Assembly: GCA_044892505.1 (NCBI GenBank)
Contig: CM097884.1
Location: 133,796,001 to 133,860,000 of the forward strand
Direction of reading: 5' to 3'
DNA from: Schmidtea nova
Lineage: Eukaryota
DNA: 64,000 nt
This document shows positions 31,620 to 45,200 of the stretch, one piece after another. The notes under the pieces are model-generated. The model was given only the letters and a program-made list of their open reading frames with translations, was not told where the DNA came from and made no database searches. A program made the position numbers and the translations under genes. Within the stretch, counting starts at the first letter, position 1. Every line of letters starts with the position of its first letter.

Positions 31620-32681
31620 ATGGGAAATATAGAGGTAACCTTACAAGAAGTAACCGTACATCAAGACGAAATGATCAGAAATCACATGGAGCGGATTGGG
31701 AGATGGATTCATGCCTATTATCGAAAACAGGAGGAATTAGAAAGACAAACCGAAGCACTAAGAGAAGCCGAGAAAACGAATCAAAGAAGTCGAGAAAAAA
31801 TAGAAGAAGTCTACAAACTGCTAAGACAACAAAACGAATACTACAAAGAGATGATGAAAGAGCGAAGAGAGGATAGGGATAGACAACAGATAAAAACAGA
31901 CCATAAGATCCAGTCAATCACCGAACAAGCAAGATATTGGAAGAAAGAGGCAAAAGACTCTTACAAGGAAGCAAGGGAGATAATAGAACGAACAGCGTAT
32001 AGCGATGATTGGAAACTATTTAAAGAGATCGATGAATTAAAAGAGGAATTAGGGCAAAAGATCAGTCAAGAAGCGTCAAATAAAGTATGGAGTAAGAAAA
32101 GACAACAATTTATCAGAGAACAAGCCAAGAAAATTAAAGAATTAACTTATCAAGTGCAAAGAATGGGAGAAGATTTGGCCAATCAAGAACAGTTAAAAGG
32201 TATGCTGACCGGAATGTGGAATCACAAGGAAGAAAACATGAAAAGAGACATAAATGGATATCAAGGAGTGATTACCCAGAAGAAAATAGAATTAAAAAGA
32301 ACTAAAGAAAGACTGGAAGAAACGAGGCAGAGTTATGAAGAGAACATAACAAATTTGACAAAAGAAAACGAAGAACTGAGAAAGAAGTTGGCAGAAAAAC
32401 CAATACCAATAAAAGAAACAAGTATCACAGCAGCAGTGACCGAAATGATGGAGAAGGAAGAGAGAGAGAAAAAATTGACAGAACTGGAAAAACAAATTGA
32501 AACCCTAACAGAACAGGCGAACTATCTGGAATACTTATTAGATGAAGAGATCCAGATATCCCACACATACCGAGAAGAAGTAGAAATGTGGAGGAGCACG
32601 GTAATATGGATGCCACTCCCCATAAACCAAGTGGAACCTCAAGACGAAGGTTTTCACGAACCCAACGAAACCCTGGTATAA
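31620..32681 (+). CDS. Long coiled-coil protein (353 aa); copy at 58352-59413
   Basis: ATG ORF, E/K/R/Q-rich heptads throughout; no family recognised. Confidence 0.7.
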   Translation: MGNIEVTLQEVTVHQDEMIRNHMERIGRWIHAYYRKQEELERQTEALREAEKTNQRSREKIEEVYKLLRQQNEYYKEMMKERREDRDRQQIKTDHKIQSITEQARYWKKEAKDSYKEAREIIERTAYSDDWKLFKEIDELKEELGQKISQEASNKVWSKKRQQFIREQAKKIKELTYQVQRMGEDLANQEQLKGMLTGMWNHKEENMKRDINGYQGVITQKKIELKRTKERLEETRQSYEENITNLTKENEELRKKLAEKPIPIKETSITAAVTEMMEKEEREKKLTELEKQIETLTEQANYLEYLLDEEIQISHTYREEVEMWRSTVIWMPLPINQVEPQDEGFHEPNETLV

Positions 32682-32723
32682 ATGCGCGGAAACCAAGTGT
32701 AAATAAATTATGTAAAATAAAAA

Positions 32724-33326
32724 ATGTCAAACTGTATTGACCAATGTATAAAAGAGATGAGAAAGCTCACAATAGCAACCCTCCTATGGTTAACAACCAT
32801 TACCCTACAGAGAGAAGATTTACAACTAACCGAAACCCAATTACGAGCTCTACCCGACAAAACCTACCAGAAAGTAGACAACCTAATCGAGGAAGTAATT
32901 AAAGAAATCAACGAATTCCGACAGAAATACCCCCACAATCAAGACCATCAAATCCAACAAATTTTCGGTAACCAACAACTGAAATTAAAAGAAACCCGAA
33001 AAATCCTGAGAGAGGGTAGAGAGCCCATAAAAAGCCTATCCCAAGCTGAAATAGAATATCAAGAAAAATGGATCATAGCAATCATCATAATCCTATCAGT
33101 CAGCACAACTATCATCGCAATCACAATCCTACTTGCCTCATATAGAATAAAAATCCTAAAACAAAAGCAGAAAATCTACAACCAAACCTCCAGACGAGAT
33201 AACCGAGCTCAAAGACGAATAAGGAGCCATCTCAACCACATTCAAACCCACTACGAGCTACAAATAATCAACGAGAGGACCCGAACTCAACCCCAAGCGA
33301 GCCAGACGATCGAACAAATTGTATAA
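32724..33326 (+). CDS. Hypothetical single-pass membrane protein (200 aa); copy at 59456-60058
   Basis: N-terminal hydrophobic stretch (LTIATLLWLTTITL) and TM WIIAIIIILSVSTTIIAITILLASY followed by basic residues. Confidence 0.65.
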   Translation: MSNCIDQCIKEMRKLTIATLLWLTTITLQREDLQLTETQLRALPDKTYQKVDNLIEEVIKEINEFRQKYPHNQDHQIQQIFGNQQLKLKETRKILREGREPIKSLSQAEIEYQEKWIIAIIIILSVSTTIIAITILLASYRIKILKQKQKIYNQTSRRDNRAQRRIRSHLNHIQTHYELQIINERTRTQPQASQTIEQIV

Positions 33327-33493
33327 ACATTATGATAACTTATCGAACTATTGTGACAAATCATTACATTTTGACTATTTAGTGACAAACTTTATGATAT
33401 GTATAAATTCGATCACCTTATGTGATTTTTCTTTGCATGTATAACTTTATAAAACTTTTTATGGATGATGAATATAAGTAGTTATGTATAATT

Positions 33494-33528
33494 AATTGCG
33501 GGACGCAATTTTAGGGGTCCCCGGGTGA
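33494..33528 (+). promoter_or_regulatory. 3' priming region (PPT position): hairpin plus G-tract/palindrome; copy at 60226-60260
   Basis: AATTGCG-GGA-CGCAATT stem-loop, then TTAGGGGTCCCCGGGTGA abutting the LTR. It is not a clean polypurine tract. Confidence 0.5.
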
Positions 33529-36500
33529 TGTTGGGCCCGCCAAATCACCTAAAACCACAATAAAACGAACAAAAGCATGAAACAATAAAGAAATAATAAA
33601 AATAAAAATAGCAAGAAAAACAAATTAAAAATAACAATAAAACGACAAATAATAATTGATAAATTTTCAGTAAAAGGAAATTTTGAAAATAAACCGGTAA
33701 ACAACCGCAAAAGGGGGCCTGAAATAAGAAAAAATAGAATTAAATAAAATAATAGTGCAAATAATTAATTAATTATTTGAAAAATCAGGACCACCCAGCG
33801 AGAAACCGGAAAAGGAAACAAAATAATGTTTAGATTAGAATAAAATAATAAAAAATACTTTGATGGACGGCCTGATCCTGATTGGTCAATCCAACCAGAC
33901 GGATCAGTATAAATACCGATCCAAAAATCACAACAAGAGACGTTTTACTTTTCACTTACAATCAAGACTAAACTTTGATTTAAGTAATATTTCATTTAAC
34001 AAAACGAGAATTTTTTGAAAAACAGAATTCAAGTACGGAACGTAATTTTTATTGTTATTTTTTATAATGTACCCATGATTTTTATTCAATTAAAATTTTA
34101 TATGTAAACGTCATTTTATTTGTTTTTGATATTGATATTTTAATGCATATAGTTATACTTCCTATGCTGCTCACGCGGCGAGGGAGTCCGAGTCGTCGTT
34201 GTGGGGCCTCAGTGTCTCACATGGCGGTTCAACCTTTTTATTATTTAGTTTAGATGTGGAATTTTATTTAGAAAATTTGATTGAATTCTTAGTCTAGTAC
34301 AGACCATTTACTAATTATTTAAGTCTGGGTTGCACAACGGACGAAGGTCGAGGGCCAAATAGGGAGATTGCGGAGGGCGGATTGATAAGGAGGGACACCC
34401 CATGGTAGGGCATGCTCATCCTTTGAATTTTTAGTCAATTGAATCGTAATGGAACCTCCCGCATGGAGAAACAGTGAGCAACAAATAAAATAAATTTGAA
34501 TAATTTCGCTGAAATGAGAAAATTCATCGTAGTCTAAAGTCCGATTTCATTCGGAATCAGCATCTCGCCTACAAAATTATAATATCGATAAATTCCGATC
34601 GCGTTGGAATGCGTCGGAAAATCCAAATTAAATTAGTTACTAAAAATAGGCCGATCGTCGTATATGGCGCGGTTTCCCAAGTTATTCTCCGATCGCTGTA
34701 TACAGCGCGGAAATCTGTATTAAATTCTATATTCCTGAATGCTGTATATAGCACAGGACTAATTATGAACTCTTTATTACGACCGTGGTAGATCACGGCG
34801 GAAAAAGATAAAATTAATCTTATTTTAAAGTAACTTTTGTGATTATATGCGGTATAAATGAATTATCAACAAATTCCCTCCGGTAAATCACATATTTTAT
34901 ATTCAATAAATGTAATATAGATGTCGACAGCCGAACTTAGGAATCAATTAACTCAACTACGGAATGTGGAACAAAGGAATATACAGAATGGAAAGATCTC
35001 GCAGCTCAAGGATCTACCGGCATCGATATTGCGAACCCTCAATTGCCAGATATATAAGTGGCGACATGGGTTTGGCCGAAAATGCCCGTTCTCGATATGG
35101 ACAGGAGGGAACGACCAAATACTCTATAGAGGAGGACCGAACTGGCCGATTTCCCAAAGGCCTTATTCAAACAAATTTGGCCGACTTATCGTACTAGTCA
35201 AGGACACAGATGGACGGACAAGCCGTGTAATTTATTGGGGGCATATCCCTCGTCGGGAACTATGCCAACTAGGCCTACACGAATTTCTACCACGAAAACC
35301 ATTCGGCAAGGAGTGCCAGAAAGGACAACCCTCATTCTCTTGGGCTCGTCTTCGTCGGAGGCCGATTAACAGCGAATTCCATAGCTTGTTTCGGAGATAA
35401 AAAACTGATTGACAAATGTGTAAATTGTGTTCAAATATTAATGTTCAGTGGTGTTTTTATTTTGTTGTTTTGAGTTTTTGTTCAGTGTTTTTTAATAGTT
35501 CGTATTCGTAACCTAATAATCCTATAATCAGATTTTAATTTTTCACATAATTTAATCATAAAGTAAATCTCCTAAATAAATTATAGAATGACCACCGATT
35601 TGATACAGAGAGAATTGGAAAAGATGTGGCGGATCCGGAGAGCCCAGGACAAAGAATTGGGTCTCCTCAAGGCACAATTGATCAAAGCAGAGGCACAGAT
35701 CGCATACTTGCGCAAAAGCTGGTTTGCTCCGGCCCGAATGAAGGAGCAAATCAGCAAAACCGAACGCGCCCAACAGACCGCAGCCGATTATCAAATGGAA
35801 TGGGAGGCTACAAAGATAGAGCTCCGAAAATGCCTCCATTCCGTAACTGCCTCATATATCGAGAAGGAACTCAGAGAGCAAATCCGTCCGGTTACGTACC
35901 AAGCTTGGACATCCGAAAAGAAGACTGTAAATTCCATTGGCACGGATGTCGCCGATCTAATCGAAAGTCGGAATGAGCCGGTTTCAGCAGTAATTCCATC
36001 CACCTCAACGGCAAATGCGCACCAAAAACGCAAGCGCATTGGGCAGAAAAGGCGAAGACAGAGGAAATTATTCGCGCAGCGATTACAAAGTCAAGTGGAT
36101 GGTCTACATCAGATGACCGAAGAGAACTTATTGAAGGAAATTTTCCCTTCAGCTGGAGTTTTTACAGAACTAATTAAATAAAATTTTGGGTTATCTTAAA
36201 AAATTTATGTTTCCTTTAAATTGATTTGGTAAATTGACAAATAATTAGATCAATATAGTATAAAAGTATAAATTCACATCACGAATTATCTAGTAAAGGC
36301 AAATAAATTATTAAGCGAGCAGTTTGATTTAAACGCTTCCCGCAGAATACGAAATGTTGAAAATAAATTTTCTAAAAAGATTATTGCGGAATATCTAAGC
36401 AAATGATTTAAGCATAAGTCCTTCTAACGGCAGCAATGGACCCGTAAACATAAATGGGGAGTAGTACTAGCGATAGTGCTCACCTGCCCATCATTGTTTA

Positions 36501-36647
36501 ACCACCCTGCGCATCACCAACTTGATTATATAGGGAAATAATCAAGGGCGCTTGAGTGTAAAATTGCAATTTTATGTATGATCATGGATGAGGGATCCCT
36601 AGTCATTGTTAGAACATTTTTCATCTAACCCCTCCATGAACCCAGCA
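33529..36647 (+). repeat. LTR2 (shared central LTR, 3119 bp)
   Basis: Same sequence as LTR1. One private SNP was spotted (T at 34213 versus G at 7490 and 60945). It is preceded by the 3' priming region and followed by a PBS. Confidence 0.95.
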
Positions 36648-36976
36648 TAAATTTGGGGGCTCAGCCGGGATTAACTTCGTTTTATCGGAAAAATGTAAAT
36701 GTAAAACCTGCAGAGAAGTTTAAAATGCTCGTGTCAATTAATTTAATAAAAAACAGAAAGGTTATAATTAAATTTAAATTATTGTATTAAAATAACAACA
36801 TGGCAGTGAACAAAAGTGAAGTTAACAATTAAATGCATGCATAGATAATTTGTCGGGACGACAATTTTCGGAAACACGGGGAGGATTGATAAATATTAAA
36901 AGATACAAAACGAAACATATTACTACTTTAGAAATGAGAAAAAATAACAAAGTTAAAACAATTATTTATTCAGTAA

Positions 36977-37438
36977 ATGGAGGAAAAACTGAAGGAAATC
37001 GAAGAATTTCTCAACACGGAAAGCGAAACATTAGAAACGATTGGCAAGAAAATAAACCGATTTAGAGAAATTGAATTTCAGGAACCCACAACACAGACTG
37101 AGGAAACAGAGGAATTAATAAAGATAACAGAAAGAACAAGTAAAATCGACATAAAGACCCGCTACAAATGGTACAGAGCACGATTAGAAGATGCAGAACT
37201 AAACATTAAGTTCAGGCAAATAGGACAACAATTAACCCCAACATACAATCGATGGAGGGCGCAAGGGGTAGAAGCAGCGAAAAAATACCGACAGTGCTAT
37301 ATATGTGAGGATAGGGAGATACAAATTATGTTTTTACCTTGCGGACATTTTCGTTTTTGTAAAATATGTGCCAGCAAGCGCGACCTATGTCCTATGTGCA
37401 ACCTGATGATAGACGATAAAATTATTGTATATTTATAA
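36977..37438 (+). CDS. IAP-type RING protein, unit 2 copy
   Basis: Identical translation to 10254-10715. Confidence 0.85.
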   Translation: MEEKLKEIEEFLNTESETLETIGKKINRFREIEFQEPTTQTEETEELIKITERTSKIDIKTRYKWYRARLEDAELNIKFRQIGQQLTPTYNRWRAQGVEAAKKYRQCYICEDREIQIMFLPCGHFRFCKICASKRDLCPMCNLMIDDKIIVYL

Positions 37439-39273
37439 TAAATAAAATTTGAATGGAATTTTATTGGTTTATTAATGATAAAATCATGGGTACAATTGTC
37501 ATATATAAATAATTTTTGAGCTACTGCAAAGTAGTCCGATAAGAATCCATTGGGAGGTACCGATTGATCAACCTAGTCAGGGTGTATAGAAAGGGGCCCA
37601 TCGCAAATGTTGGAAAGTTTTTGTGATGTGATTGATCACCACATCCTGCATTAATGGACCAACGCGATCTTTTTGTATATTTTGGTTGGGGAGAGAGATA
37701 GGGAAATCGTGATGGAGTAAAGCGCGCATAGAGAAAAATAAATAAAAAGGCTAACGCAGACTGATCAGTAAATAATCACGATAGAATAGAGAGAAATGAC
37801 ATTTTTGAAAGAATAAAAGGTGCATAGTCAGCTCGCATAGAAGTAGTTATAACTCAGCTGAGAAATTTTAATCGCTAGCGAAGTAGGGAATTGTGATTAA
37901 CCGGTTAAGTAAAGTTATATGAGATTTGTCCCTTGAAACAAAGGGTTAGGAGATTTGTCCCTTGAAACAAAGGGTTAGGAGATTTGTCCCTTGAAACAAA
38001 GGGTTAGGAGATTTGTCCCTTGAAACAAAGGGTTATGAGATTTGTCCCTTGAAACAAAGGGTTAGGAGATTTGTCCCTTGAAACAAAGGGTTATGAGATT
38101 TGTCCCTTGAAACAAAGGGTTAGGAGATTTGTCCCTTGAAACAAAGGGTTATGAGATTTGTCCCTTGAAACAAAGGGTTATGAGATTTGTCCCTTGAAAC
38201 AAAGGGTTATGAGATTTGTCCCTTGAAACAAAGGGTTATTAGCGGTTTGTCCCTTGAAAAAAAGGGTTGAGGCCAATGAGCCTTATTGAATGACCTAGCT
38301 AGGCGTTATGGAGAAATTAAATTGAGGCCAAGAGAGCCATTTGAGAGATTAAATTGAGGCCAATAGAGCCATTTGAGAGATTAAATTGAGGCCAAGAGAG
38401 CCATTTGAGAGATTAAATTGAGGCCAAGAGAGCCATTTGAGAGATTAAATTGAGGCCAATAGAGCCATTTGAGAGATTAAATTGAGGCCAAGAGAGCCAT
38501 TTGAGAGATTAAATTGAAGCCAAGAGAGCCATTTGAGAGATTAAATTGAGGCCAAGAGAGCCATGTGAGAGATTAAATTGAGGCCAATAGAGCCATTTGA
38601 GAGATTAAATTGAGGCCAATAGAGCCATGTGAGATATAAAATTAAGGCCAGAAGAGCCATAGTGAACTATAGATATATCCGGATAAAATAGTAATAGAGG
38701 GAATATAGACCCATAGTGTAATCGTCGACGAGATTTAGAGTAGTGCGCACCAGTAGTTAAGAGAATGCGAGTAAAGCTGATTATGCAACCTTAGGTAAAG
38801 CATGCAAGGAGAATAATAAAAATTGGAGCTGACCGGAGAAACCGGCAGAATAGACAAAAGGATAAGTTAGAGACGAATAATGAGTAGAGATGATAAAATA
38901 ATGATAAACGAGTCAGAAAGACTCAGGGAATTAGAGCGCTCGAGCGACCAATAATTTGGGAAACGGTGGGAAAAGTAATTGATTTGATAAAACATAGATA
39001 ATTATTACGACATAAACAGATAATTGTGACCAGTCTATAGATAATTTAAATAGACTAAAAATAAAGGGGAATCTGGGAATTGGGAAATAATGAAAACCCA
39101 GTAATAAGTAATCCCGAAAGAAAGTGAATAAAAGCGCGACGATAACAATAATGTATCGTTGAGGACCTTTGTATTTTAGATATACAAATCAATCAAATCA
39201 AGCAATCAAGCAAGAAGAATCAGAACACGATAAGAGATAGGACAAGAAAATTGAGTATACAAAAGTAATCCCC

Positions 39274-42200
39274 TTGAGAAAAGGAGCAAAGAGTGTCGTA
39301 GTAAAGCCAACGGAAAAGAAAGTCGGTAGCAACATTAACAAAAAAGACAAAACTAGTACTACAACAAAATCAACAAAAAAGCAGAAAGCCGGCAAAGATA
39401 ACCCACAAGGGAGTAAATCGAGGAAAATAATAAGAGATAAATCGATTACCGAAAACGATAAATTGTCAATAGTAAGCAACAGCTCAAGTAACAAAGAAAA
39501 CCAAGCCGAACCCAAGGAGAACCAAGCAAGTGAAATAGAGAGCGACGAAACTAACAACAATAATATCGAAGAAATAGAACACGAGATAGAACAAGAAGAA
39601 GAAATCGACGAAACTAACAACGATAATATCGAAGAAGTAGAAAACGAGGTAGAACCAGAGATAGAAATCAACGCGAGTGATAACGAAAGTATAATATCAG
39701 ATAACGAAGGAATAAAAGAAACAGAAAGCGATTCAAGCTCGAGTAAAACGGAAGACGAACATAACAACGAACTAGAAACAAGAGGAAACGAAAGTAAAAT
39801 AACTCAAGACAGCGGAATTGAAATGGGTGAACCAAGAGAAGAAATAAAGGATAAATTTTCAGGAGAACCGTTTAACGGAGATGCGAGTAAATTAGAAACC
39901 TTTTTAAAAGAATTTGGCATATTCGTGGAGGTATGCAAGTGGAAAGCTGAAACAACGGTAAGCAGAATTCAGTTATATTTGAAAGATAGTGCATTGGACC
40001 TATATTTGGAAGCGAAAAATGGTACCAATCCACCTACAAGCTGGACAGCGATAAAGGATTTTTTCCAACAAACATTTGGAATAAATAAAGTGCTGAGCGA
40101 GGCATTCATAGAATTCTCAATGAGGAAACAAAAGATGAATGAATCTAATGCGGTATACGCGAGCGAACTGAAAAAATTAGCAAAATCGGTATTCAAGGAT
40201 GGAGGCCCAATAAACGAGGAGTTAATGGCAGCTATCTTCATAGGAGGACTAAAAAGACCCGACATAAGAGCGCAAGTAGGATGTCAAGGATGCAAAACCA
40301 TAGATCAAGCGTTAGAAACAGCTAACCGATTTGAATTGCATATGATAGGAAGTGAGGGCAGAATTTATTTAGCCATGGACACAGCACAAACCGAACCAGA
40401 GGTAAATCTCAACAATCACATTCCAAATTCGCAACAATTAAACCGACCACCCCCTCAACGAAGGAATGAAGGAAATAAAGTGCAGAACTTTGGAAACCAA
40501 AACAATTACAACCCTCAAGGACAAACAAAACAATGTAAAACATGCGGGAAGTTGGGACACTGGCAACAAGAATGCTATCAAATTTTGAATTGCGGAAAAT
40601 GTGGAGTTAAAGGACATTCGGAGAGTAGATGTTCTACAATAATCTGTTTTAATTGCGGACGACCTGGTCACTATTCAAGAAATTGCGGACAAAAAAGTAA
40701 TCAACGAGGAAACTGGCAGAGTAATGGGAACCGACCAAATTACGGAAATCAAGCAAATACCGTAAACCGACCAGATTATGGAAACCAACAAAACAACAAT
40801 AACAATAATCAGAACAAAACTACCACCAAAGAAATTCATTTGATGCAAGAAGTTCAAAGGTTGACGGAACTGATAAACAACACGGCGAGAGGAAATCCGC
40901 AAATCAATCCACAACAAATTAGCATGATGAGAAAGATAGAAAGCGAAAACGAACGATTAAATCGAGAAAGTCAGGCACGACACGCTCAGGAATGGGCAAG
41001 AATACAAAGGGAAGATGAACAAAAACAACAAGAAAGAGAACGACAACCTCTAAGAATTAACATGCTAAGAGCAACAAACCAAACAGACACTCGCGAGAAA
41101 GAAACCACACTGGAAATGAATTCGATAGACCCGAATCCAGCCGACAACAAAAGTCAAAAGGAGATAGTACAAAAAGATGAGGAAGTAGAAAAAGAAACAG
41201 AAAAGGAAGTGGAAACTGAGATAAACCAGGAAGAGAGAAGAAAAATTTGGAAAAAAGGAATGATGGTAATCATGCCCAACGACCATATGTTTCGATTCCA
41301 ATATAACGCAAAAGAAAAGGTGGAAATACTGTTCAATAAAGTAAACCAGATGATTCCAGGAGTGACAAAACTGCCCAGAGAAGCGTTCTTACAAATAGGA
41401 GATGCACCATCAGTAAAATTGAAATTAACGGATATATGGGAAAACGTGGGAGTAACAGAGACAAAAAGAAATGTGATGAGAATTAAAGAAATAGAACCAG
41501 AAGAAATTCCACCACCAATACGTCACGAAACCCGAATCCGGCGAATATTTGAAGGAAAAATGATAAGAAGACGTTTAAAAGAGATAGACGAGTTGGGAAA
41601 GAAAATGGAAAAAGTCGAAGTAATAGAGGATAAGAGTGAACCAACACCAGAAATTGACAAAAACGAACCAGAACCAACGGAGAATATACAAGGGGAAACG
41701 AACCAAACAGCACATATTAATATGCTAAGAAATACCACCAGAGAGTTCTCCGATGAGGAAGAAGATAGTGACATCAGTAGCCTAGCAGGAGACATATTAA
41801 ACGAATCCGAAGACGAAAATAAAGAGAGAGAAGTAATAAAGACCTCAGAACCTACACAGATAAAAGTAGATGAAATCCAGAAATTACTAGATAACTCGCT
41901 AGAGGTAATATATAACGAAGAGTTCATGGACAAGAAACAATATCGGAAATTCATGAAAGCATTATTACAAATGAACTACAAAGAATGGTTACAAGACCGG
42001 GAAGTAGACATGTTGAATCGATACGTAGGGAAATTAATAGAGGAACCACTCCTCAATTACACCATCTCAATAATAATAAATACATCTACACCAAGAATCT
42101 GGATCAAAACTCCATTTACAGACGATATCTACAGATGGGTAGAGGATAGACTAGGGAGCTCATATAAAAACAAATTCATCTATTCGCAGAATAGACTCGT

Positions 42201-45200
42201 AAAGAAAAGAACTCACTTAGTAGAAACAGGTATATGGCCAGGAGAAATAACCCTGTTATCAATATGTGATGAAAAAGAAGAAGAGAACCTACAAGAAGTT
42301 GCAAGGGAAGCAAACGCGTGCTTCGAAAGGAGAATAAAACCACGGTTAGAATACGAGAAAGAACGAGTTTTGCGAAAGAATCTAAATTCCCTGATAGAAC
42401 AAATCATACCACAAGTCAAAAAACATAGAAAAGAGTTAATGAGAAACGAATACGAGAAATTGAAACGATGTATTGAGTGCATACGTGACACAAGCCACAC
42501 GAGATGGTCACAGATCTCACACGACAAATTAATCGCAAAAATGGGAAAAACAATGTTTAGACAAGGGAAAATAACAGATCTAAAAATTTCAGTAGCATTA
42601 CCTAATGAGGACACCAAAGAAATTGAAGTGGTAGCGGATTGCACCATTAAAGAATTAATAAATGTCATCAATGAGACACTAGTGCAAAGAGAACCAGAAG
42701 ACGAATGGGAAGACGACATAATCATACAATACAACGAACATGTATTATGGGATCACGATGAGAGACGACTATATAAAATCGGTATATGGGATAATCACCA
42801 AACAATCCACGTTAGCAGAATGGACGATACACCAAGGGAAACTGCTAAAGATGAGAAAAGAGAACGGGAACGACGGAAAGAAGTTGTGCGTAAATTACAA
42901 CAAATAGTAGAAATTTATCGAAATTGGCGAATTTGGCCAGAGTGGGAAAATGTATTAGAAGAACTCAATCTCAACAGACGAATACGAACACCCGTAGAAA
43001 AACAATGGAACGAGAAAGGAAAATGTTGGGAACCAAAAGAAGGAGAATATGAAGAAGAATATAAAAGAGGGATAGAAGATGACCGCGAACCAGAGATAGG
43101 AAGAGTTTGCATGGTAACAAGGAAAGCTACGCCAATAGACCTAGATGGACCAGAAACAGCGGCCATGTGGTTAGAAAGGGAAAAGCAAAAAACGGAAGAA
43201 TTTGTCGAAATATTGAAAACTAATGCGCACGGTAAGAGAAAATTAATAAAGGGTCTCGCAGATTTTTTCGTGGTAAATGGGGAGGATATAACATGCTTGC
43301 GTAAAGTAGCAAAAGCAATCGCGGAATATAAAAGAGTTAACGAGTGGTGCCCGGAACAACTAGACCACGTAATTAGGAAATGGAGAAATCAAGAATTCTC
43401 GCAAGAAATTCCACAGAAAGTACATTTAAGAATAATATATCCAAACAAGGATAAGGAAGAGTTGTGGGTAGGAATAGCAGAAAAAATTCGAGATATCAAA
43501 AAGAAATTGAGATACGAACCACCATTCCATTTACAACACCAAGGACGATCATTAGATAACAGTTTAGAAATTGGAATAACGCCAGCACAACTAGATCTCA
43601 TGAATACCTTGACAGTAGAAGCAATAGCAGGTCAACCATTGAAACATAAAGAAGAAAACCATAAACCACACGGAAGTATAAGTACGCCGAGCCCGATGAA
43701 ATCAGTATTAACACCAGGGACAAGTTCGAGACGATCTGAGACAACACCCAGAGGAACCAGAGAAAGGACTCCACCACAACCATACGACGTGGACGAAATC
43801 CTAACAGATAGCGATGATATGATAGAAGAATTAACTGAATTAACAAAGGAAAAAGACGATAACATTTTCGAAAGAATACAAGAATTACCTACGACAATAC
43901 AAGTAACCAACACCGGAGAAACAGAAGTCGAAGAAGAAATAATAATAGAAGAAGTAAACGATCTGACAGAAGACGAAACGAGAAGAGCAAATGTCGAAAA
44001 TGTACAATTAACACAAGAAATGGAAAGATGGTTAGAAGAAAGAGCTAACGAACCAAGAGATGTCACGGAAGAAACCGGACGGGCAACAAGATTTGTGGAA
44101 ACAGGCACAGGAATGGATAAACGACCTAGAGGTAGACCTAAGACAGACCCAGCAACTGTAGTTGTAAGAAATAAAGACGAAAAGAGACAAGATCAATGGG
44201 AATTATGTTTAAGGAAACTAAATAAAATTGCGGAGATGAAAGAAAAAGAGACAACACCAATATGTCAAGGGGAGGAATGGATATCAAAAACAATAATGGA
44301 AATATTGGCAATAATTGATCCGGAATTGAGAAAATACTGGCGGATAACTGAGATAAGCGAAAAGGCGAAGTCACTACACAGCGCAATCGCACCCATCCTA
44401 CCAGAATTCATAAAAGAAAAGACGAAGTCAAATCATTTAGACTGGCAAGGAACCACGATGTTAATAAAGAAATTGACAGAAGGAGCGGAAACTGATAATA
44501 AATACGTAATAGCCATCGCATACACGATCTACAATCTATTAGCACTGAGTAGAGGTCGACCAAAACCCACTGCATTAGAGAGACATATAAAAAATACCGC
44601 AAAGATTATAGCTAGAGAAATAGAACCTCACGTTATTAACAAAGGAGGATGGGAAACATTTATAAAAACTAACCAGAAGAAAACGCAAGCCAAGAATATG
44701 AAAAAGAAATTCGAAAGAATATTGGAAGAATTAGGAAAAGAACAAGCAGGAACAGGAAACACGAAGCCATCAATGAATTTGAGTTCTATAATAATTATGA
44801 TGTTGATATGGATGATTAGCACCGATAGCGCAACAGCATTCGAAGTGTTTGATTGCGACCAAATGAAGTTAGGAGAAAAGTATTCATTGAGGGGTACGGA
44901 GCAATGCAAAGATGCAACTCCAGTAGAGTTACAAAAGATTAAAAAGGAACAATGGTACCACGTGTATCAAGAAGCAGAACTCATAAAGACAATGGTGAAT
45001 GAATGTAAGGTGCAGAAGACGAGATTCGCTTTCTACTGCGGGAGAGGACATTATTCAGCAATTGTCATGCCAGGAACGGAAAGAGAACCAATCGTGTTAC
45101 AAGGAGAAGACTGCGAAGCACTGTTTAAACACGGAGAAGTAACAACAAGAGATAAAATCAAGATAAGAGGAAAGCCAGGAATGATGATGCAACAGACGTA

